Both the position numbers and the translations under genes were made by a program. A DNA stretch of 58,441 bases, counting the filler, from Sphacelaria rigidula (lineage: Eukaryota): the NCBI GenBank assembly GCA_964200075.2. It is 10 parts of 10 records of this genome, joined end to end, with 100 filler letters (N's around TTAATTAATTAA, not from the genome) between each part and the next. Parts side by side here need not be neighbours in the genome. Positions count along the whole stretch, not along the records: positions 46,834 to 52,587 come from CAXNAA020024716.1; positions 52,688 to 58,441 come from CAXNAA020024717.1; 8 more parts are not named here. The stretch is one strand, 5' to 3'. Shown here piece by piece: positions 51,301 through 58,441 of this stretch. Under the pieces are notes generated by a model that made no database searches, was not told the origin of the DNA, and saw nothing but the letters and a program-made list of their open reading frames with translations. Each line of letters opens with the position of its first letter. Position 1 is the first letter of the stretch.

Positions 51301-51847
51301 ATCAGATATCCCGAAGGGTTGCAGAAAAACGTGATGACTAACGTCATGCAAGGAATGGTAGTGGCGGTAGCGGAAACGCGCGCATAGGTCTGTGACCACG
51401 GGTTTCAAAGATCGGGCTAGTGCGGAAGTAATAACAACATCAGCAATGATGGTGATGATGGTGATGATGAAATGATATAAAATAAGGATGATAATACCAA
51501 TACCAACACCAACACCAATAACAACGACGACGGGAACGACAACGGCAATGACAATAATAATACTAATAAATAACGAAATGATAATAATAATAATAAGAAG
51601 AATGAGAATAGTAATAATAATAAGAATATTAACAACATCAACAATAGAATAATAATTGAATCATAATTATTTTGTACATACTTACTTATTTCCTGATTTT
51701 CCTTTCACCCGAACATGGGGTGGTAGCCGGTGACCACGGAAGACGTCCGAGTCAGATGCCAGTACAACACTGCGCAGATACCGGAACGACTTTTTAATGT
51801 GAAGACAACAACAACAACTTACAGTGCTGCTGCTGCTGCTGCTGCTG

Positions 51848-51901
<54 letters not shown>

Positions 51902-52179
51902 ATAACGTAGTGTGTCCTTGAGTAACAGCTCATCATCAACAACGGTAAAGATACCATGCGGGAAAAAGAACGCGAATCGCACCACTCTCTACGTACGCAA
52001 ATCTACCCTTCCCCCATTGTGTGTTTGTGTGTGTTTGTCACTACACCAATCAGGTAGCTCGAGAAATGGAAGACCAGACGCTGGACGTGTCGGGGTTAAG
52101 GCAGCTTTTGATGCTCAAGAACAGGGAGATGCGGAACATCCGCAAGCTCAGCCACTACATCCTGGAGCAGAGGAATGAG
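48361..52179 (+). CDS. BBOF1: Basal body-orientation factor 1 (BBOF1/CCDC176)-like coiled-coil flagellar protein, internal fragment; exons 48361-48492, 49166-49294, 50067-50162, 52054-52179
   Basis: Four phase-0 CAG/GT exons give DLERVIDEARRQARIEAHSSLGAEAKRIAGENKRMAKELRFQMQ|MTTELQ...AKTKE|LKRLRGQVAAL...ARAE|VAREMEDQTLDVSGLRQLLMLKNREMRNIRKLSHYILEQRNE. The end resembles BBOF1 L..LL.MK.REM.R.KKLA..IL..R.EVE. The gene is well supported; orthology is less certain. Confidence 0.75.
51428..51670 (+). repeat. AAT/GAT/AAC low-complexity tract (intronic)
   Basis: Directly visible. Confidence 0.9.
51805..51905 (+). repeat. Compound microsatellite (ACA)n-(GCT)n-(ACT)n
   Basis: Directly visible. Confidence 0.95.
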
Positions 52180-52729
52180 GTCGGTTGGTCAGTTGGTCTC
52201 CTGTCATGATTCGTTCGTTGCCGTTGTTGTTGTCGCGATCCATCTATTTCCCCTCCCACCCCCCCGCCCCGTCCACACTATGTAGAGATGTGAGGTCTAT
52301 GGTGATGCGATTATAGCCTCCAAGATTGTGAGTACTCCCCCCCCCCTCCCTAGCCTGTTCAGCCTGGTCCGGCGAGAACCCGGCGTACTCCGTCCCGGCT
52401 TTGTAGGGGCGGACCCCCGATGGGGTTGGCGATGACGCTATAAAACACGACACTCACTACGTAAGCTAGGCAACCAGGTTCCCGATTTTTTTTGCGCGCT
52501 TGCATTTTTTTGCGGTAAGCATAATGGTAGTCTAGCTACATCATGTTGTACGGCGTCGGAGAACCTCAACTCCGCACAATGGGGATGNNNNNNNNNNNNN
52601 NNNNNNNNNNNNNNNNNNNNNNNNNNNNNNNTTAATTAATTAANNNNNNNNNNNNNNNNNNNNNNNNNNNNNNNNNNNNNNNNNNNNAAAAAAAAGTGGT
52701 TGCGCTTAGCGGCGACCAGGTGGGCCGGC

Positions 52730-52770
<41 letters not shown>

Positions 52771-53140
52771 AGTACGCTTTTGGCCGAACAATGCCAGTAG
52801 GATGAGGCTTACCCTTCATGTCACTCGCCGCACACATCACGGCGCTTGGCCCTTGGTAATCGTGAACCTGGTTCGTCGAAAACCCAGCGTGCTCCGTCCC
52901 GGCTTTGTAGCAGTGCGAGATCAGAGGTCCTATGACTACGGCATGCAAAATCGTGAGTACTCCCCCCTATGCCCCGCTTGCCATGCCAACTTCCCGTACG
53001 TCTGTTTCGTGGGCAACGTGTGCTTCCAGTGCGGCATGGACTGTGACAAAAGCAGTCTAAAATTTCTTTTCTCATTTGCTTCTACCGTCCGTTCCGTTAT
53101 CTTGTTTTTGCTCGCTTGTGTTACCCACACTTATCGGTAG

Positions 53141-56100
53141 CTCACGCCGTACATGACGGGGGCGGACGTGGCCAATGTGTGCGCAACGGCTGGACGTATC
53201 GCGGCTCGTGCCGGTTCGGGCGTGGTGAAGTTGGAACATTTCAGCGCTGCCGTGGATAGGGTGTGCCACGGGTTGGAGAAGCCGGCGAAGGTATGATACA
53301 TATGCGTGTGCTTTTTTTTCATTATATATATATATATAACGTTATTTTCTTGGTGTAAACAGTATTGTTGTTGTTGTGTGCCGGGGAGAGATGGGTCCAG
53401 CCGTCGTCTCATGGTAGACGCACAAAAAAAAGTGTATACATGTTATTATTCAATAGTACATTATTATTGTTAATAGTATCCCTATGAATATATTATCGTT
53501 ATGAGTATTAGCATTGGCGTTATCATCGTCATGGTTGTATTTAATCCGCCCCATTCTTCGGGATGAGTCAGTATTCTCGGGGATTTAGTACATTTCCCCC
53601 CCGTTACACAGCACATCTCTACTTTGACATGAAGGGTTTGACGTATAGCCTGAATACAAACAGGTGTATACTTGTGTTATAATACGTTTTATTGTATAGA
53701 GCGCACACCTAGCTGCACGCATTGAGGGGAGGGAGGCTTGGAGGATCCAGTGATGTTCGGTTTTGTAGCAGTTCGATTTTTTGTGCTATGGGTGGGTAAG
53801 TGTGTCGTTCAGAATAGTCATAGTCCATTGAATCATCACTCCGCTGGTTGGTTGTCTCGCATGAAGTCTTGCGCCGCAAATTCCAACTAGTGTCGCCATT
53901 GTTTTATACATTATTTTTCGAAACTCCCGTTTTCATTTTTTTTTTTTAAATATCGCTGGTAATTTTTTCTTCATTCATTTTGTACGTGGGTGAGAGCTGT
54001 GAGTTCTTCCGTCGCGCTTGTTTCGATACTTACGCTTTTTTTTTCTTTTCTGTTGATTTAATCAATTCGCTCATTTTTCCAATCGGTGAATTTAAGTTGA
54101 TTCCTGTATACCTACCCCATAGATGGTTTCGGTTGCGGAGAAGCGGCGCACGGCGGTCCACGAAGCTGGTCATGCCGTCGTTGGGTGGATGCTGCCATGG
54201 TGCGATCCGGTAGTGAAGGTGTCCATCATCTGGCGCGGCAATGCCCTCGGTACGTAAATGCACACGCCTAAGGTACCAACCCAACCACACTCCTGCTGTA
54301 ACTGTAATTAGTGGTCAGTGAGGTGGGGTAAAGTGGAGTGATTGCACACCTTGGATAATGGCCGTGGATGACGCTGTCAACCGGCTGACCGTTCAGGAAC
54401 ATGAGGGGGTTTTTAGAGTACGGAGAGGATGGTTGTTTGGGGGGGGGGGGCTGTTCGAAAAACAACCACTGAGCCCACGAATCAACCATATGTGCTTGAA
54501 AGTTTCCCACAGAAAATTCTAAGCCAGGAAGGAGACCCGAGGGGAGCGGAGTGAACATTCTGACCAATCACGGCTTATCAAAATGGCCACTTTGCTCCCC
54601 CAAAGGTAGACTGCGGGTAGACCACTTGGCAGTGTAGCTGTGTCTGACCAGTATGGTCGTGATCATTCAACCACAGACAGCATATAGGCTAAGAGAGTGC
54701 TTTTATCACTGCTCGTAGTGTTTGCCGCTAGTCTGACCCCCATTGTGTTACCAGCATAACCTCATGCTATCTGCAGTGTTGTGGAACACTAAGCAGGGAT
54801 GTCAACAGCGTGCCGCTGACTGTTTATTACGGTTGTATTCAGCGTCCGAATGCGCATGCTCGCAGGATGTATGCATGGTAGAGAAGCAGCTGTACAGATT
54901 GTAAGAGAAGAGCGGGTATAGTTGAGACGATGTGACATGCGTGCAAGATCAGCACACGCACTTGAGGTGTCGCAACCCTGCCCCGAAAGTACCAGAGGTG
55001 CTGCGAACGCATGGACAGGAGGGCAGGATGTATGTTGTGTGCATATCTCGCAGCAATGGCGGCTGCCTTTCTATGACAGGTTGTACGTAGTGTAGCTACG
55101 TATCGTTTGCCTTTCTATAAGAGGCTTTCTAAGCATAGCGTCTTCGTTCACGAGATACCAGTGATGCTGTTGTGTGATGCTCGGAGGAGTGATGTGCGCC
55201 AGTTTTTTTTGTGGCCTTGTCGTTGTTGAAGCCAAGCAATGACGGCTTTCCCTTCAGATCATATTCCACTTACGTTCCGTTCCAGAACTGTCGGTGTGTT
55301 TTCCCCGTTTCAGGATGCATTCTTTTTCCCCCTTTATATCCGCGCACTTGTGGGTCTCTGGATCCATGTTGCCCTCCACATATGTTGTGTATCACATTTG
55401 ATTGATCGATAGCCTGGTTGTCGCACATGGCCCGATCCGATACAAAGCCGGCCATGTTGATAAAGTAGACGGATGTCCCCAATGAGGTAAAACAATCAAC
55501 ACTCCCTTAACGGAATTCGGAAAAGGGGACAAAATGATGCTGCGATATGCGATCTTTGAAATCTAGAAGAAAAAATATTTTCGGGAAATGATGCTCCGCC
55601 TGCTCGACTCCCCTGCATGCCTCACCTTTCACTCCCCGACTCTGTCGAATATGATGTGTCGTTCGCCGTACTCCAGGGTTCTCCCAATCTGCGATGACAG
55701 AAAGACTGAGCGATATGCGGGAGACCATTCTGGACGAAGTTTGCATGATTCTGGCGGGACGCGCAGCGGAAGAGGTACGTTTACGTCATGTGTTGATGTC
55801 GAATTTTGTTTGTGTGCGTTTTATAATTTTCGGGTGTCTTTTTCGCATTTTTTCCGCTTTTTTTTTCCGTGTTTCATTTTGTTGCCGCTCAAGAACGCAT
55901 TTTTTCTGTGACTCCGACGGGATAATGATTTGTAGCGGCAAAAATTCCTTCAGATACGTGGTCGGCCAGTCAACCTATCTGTGTTTCAACCCTGGAGGAG
56001 CTGGATTTCGAGTCAAGAGTAAATGAGAAGAAATAAAACACAGGGGAAAGACGAGCAGAGTATATTTTCTTCTTGTTGACAGGAGACGCCAACATACTAC

Positions 56101-58330
56101 GTCACCTTGCATTCCCGTGATGGAGGTGCAGGCGTTTGCGCATCGCCGTCCGCTAGATCCATCTGGGTGCGGAGCAGCGGTAATGATCTGAATGCTTTGA
56201 TGTTGGCAGTGTATGTACTGGCGTTCCTTTTTCAGGGCAAAAGAGGTGACGTATTTCGTCACTGTTATTCATGAGTTGAATAATATTTCAACACGGTACT
56301 TGTTTTGTGCTTGCATAATATGTGCAAGTGCGGATGCTGAGTGGGTGTGATTTCCGATACTCTCAGTGTTTCGACTTTTCATGGTAGTGCGGGGCGCCAT
56401 CGTCAACAGTCTGCAATTTTTTCACGTTCGGAATTCGTTGAGGAATGGTCAACAGGTGCAAAAGAAGTGCTTGTCACCACCAACACTTGTCCAATCGCAA
56501 TTCTTCAACATATGGAATGCGTTGTGGTTTTGTTGACGTGTGGCAATGATGCTGGGCGTCGTGGTCAAACTTGTTCTGTTTGGAATTTATTGTGGTTTCG
56601 TTGACATGCGGAAATAGTGCGGGCGCCATGGTCAACATAATTCAATATTCGAGATTTGTTGTAGTTGAGGCCAACTCTAATTGGAGCCATTAATTTTTTT
56701 TGCTGAAAACTGCCTTTTTGAATCCTCCTCCGTCGTTTTACACCCGAAGAGAGACCTAGGCGGATGGTGACGCCTTGGATGACTTGCTCTACTCGTTGAG
56801 ACCGTTCCAGGTCAACTTGGCGTTTCCCACTGGCCGCAGTTTTATTGCCGGCCGAATTTTTACGTTCAACAACAAACGGTCAAGTGATGAAAAAACAGAG
56901 GGAAACTGCTAGTTTTTTTGGTCACCTAACCGTTTGTTGTTCAAAATGCACGTTTGACCAGAAGTAAAAGTGCGGCCAGTGGAAACCGCAAAGTTGCCGT
57001 GGAACCGTCTCGACGAGTGGAGCAAGTCATTCCAAGGCGTCAACATCCGCCTAGCTCTCTTTTCGGGTGTAAAACGACGGAGAAGGGCTCAAACCGCAGT
57101 TTTTCAACGGGATTTTTGACCGGCTCCCATTTGTTAGAGTTGGCCTTCGTTGACATGTACAAGTAGTGCTGGGAGCCATGGTCAACAATTTTATTCAACA
57201 TTTGGATTTTTCGTAGTTTAGTCGATATGTGCAAGTAGTGCTGGGTGCCAAGGTCAGTGCTTTCCGATTTTTTGACGTGTGGACTTTCGTTGCGTTTCAT
57301 ATATTATGTACAAACAGTGCTGGGCGCCGTGGTCAATTCTTGTCGATGTCCGGACGTTTATAATTTGTCGGCCGGCAATAGTTGCAATAGGCCTATACTT
57401 TATGCAGTACACCTCTCGTCTATCGCAACTATTGACCATATATTGTCCACGGTGTGGAATATTTCAAGGGCAGGTCGAGTAGAGTATACTCAATACTCAG
57501 TATTTTCGAAGAATCTTACTTTCAGTACTCAAATTTTGAGTAGAGTATGTGAGATCATACTCAATCTGCTCAAAATTCGAGTACAGTATTGAGGTCATAC
57601 TACTCAAGTGATCCTCTGTACTCAAGTATTGCTGAGAGTGCTTACTCAATATTGAGTGGAGTATTTGAGGCCGTACTCGACCTACTCGAAACCTTGAGTA
57701 GAGTATTTGAGGTCGTACTCGTCCTACTCAAACTTTGAGTAGAGTAAATACCCGAGTATTTTACTCGAGTCCTCAAAAGTACATACTCTACTCGACCTGC
57801 CCTTTGAAGTATTTTTGATGTTTTGGCTTGTTTTATTATCATCTCTTCGTCGTCATATCACCACGGTTGAAGCATTCTTGAATTTCACGTCTAGGACCAT
57901 GCTCATATTCAAATATTTTGGAGAGCGGACAGTTCCGCGTATTCCTATCATAATAGGGTAAGGGTACGAGGGTATCGAACACTAATTCTAATCCTAACCC
58001 ACCCGTTTTTGCTCAAAACATTGCCTACGGCGGCGCCGACTTGAGCTCTGCTAACACACACCTTGCCCGGGACACGAGGCGCATGTTCTGTGTCCCAGGG
58101 TTCTGGATATGCCTTGGGTTGAGATTAGAGTTACGATCATGGTTGAGAGTTGGAATTGAATTCAGAAATCATAAAACGTGACGATATGACGACCAAATTC
58201 GCTCCGAGCCCGCCTCCTTCGTGGTTTTTTGGTTTCGCCATGGTGTGCAGGTGGTAATGGGTACGATCAGTGGGGGAGCTTCTTCTGACCTGAGGAAGGC
58301 GTCTCGAGCGCTCTACCGTGCCATTACAGA
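53141..58330 (+). CDS. ftsH: FtsH-family (m-AAA/AFG3-paraplegin-like) ATP-dependent zinc metalloprotease, AAA lid + peptidase M41 fragment; exons 53141-53290, 54123-54249, 55677-55774, 58251-58330
   Basis: The spliced product is [152 protein letters not shown]. It has HEAGH, GRAAEE and GA..DL motifs, and phases 0,1,0 are compatible. Confidence 0.93.
56315..57340 (+). repeat. Degenerate ~70-bp tandem repeat (core caagtagtgctgggcgccatggtcaac) interrupted by a palindromic insertion
   Basis: The core is seen near 56385, 56545, 56612, 57160, 57232 and 57312. Confidence 0.65.
56669..57145. mobile_element. ~477-bp near-fully palindromic MITE (PIF/Harbinger-like GGCC ends)
   Basis: The ends are ggccaactctaa...ttagagttggcc. 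The arms pair along almost the whole length, e.g. ccgtcgttttacacccgaa/ttcgggtgtaaaacgacgg, gacttgctc/gagcaagtc and aacaacaaacgg/ccgtttgttgtt. Confidence 0.8.
57467..57803. mobile_element. ~337-bp MITE with TIR agggcaggtcgagtagagtat and internal ACTC/GAGT repeats
   Basis: agggcaggtcgagtagagtat (57467) and atactctactcgacctgccct (ending 57803) are perfect inverted repeats. Confidence 0.8.
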
Positions 58331-58441
58331 GTGAGTTTCTACAAACAGAAGCGTTTTTTTTCCCCTTCTTTTCCTGTCTCTGTGTTGTCGCGTTTTTTTT
58401 TTCAAAGTTTTTTTGTAGTAGGTTGGGGTTGACACAATATA

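Noticed and set aside
31415..58330. Functional gene cluster of RPC40, GT10, SOUL, BBOF1 and FtsH
   Set aside because: Each gene lies on a different artificially joined scaffold.

Overview
This is eukaryotic, intron-rich genomic DNA. Short GT-AG exons lie in long repeat-rich introns, and the gene content (GT10 fucosyltransferase, BBOF1-like flagellar protein, FAIM-like protein) fits a stramenopile, most likely a brown alga; the taxon is an inference. The window is not one locus. It is ten scaffolds (5755 nt, then nine of 5754 nt) joined by identical 100-nt spacers (44 N + TTAATTAATTAA + 44 N) that recur every 5854 nt, so neighbouring segments should not be treated as linked. Hand-spliced gene fragments are a Sec7/BIG ARF-GEF (4 exons), a possibly complete FAIM-like gene (4 exons), an unknown coiled-coil protein, one RPC40/POLR1C exon, a GT10 fucosyltransferase (2 exons, minus), the first exon of a SOUL heme-binding protein (minus), a BBOF1/CCDC176-like protein (4 exons) and a divergent FtsH/m-AAA protease (4 exons). 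Mobile DNA includes a tandem gag-protease-only LTR-type element, a decayed LINE, several MITE-like elements and dispersed repeats. The most unusual structure is a chain of eight ~100-bp TIR-bearing units linked at TTAA sites in mixed orientation (32.9-33.7 kb), resembling piggyBac-type mini-elements. Nearly all ORFs in the six-frame track are spurious. All alignments and family calls were made by eye.
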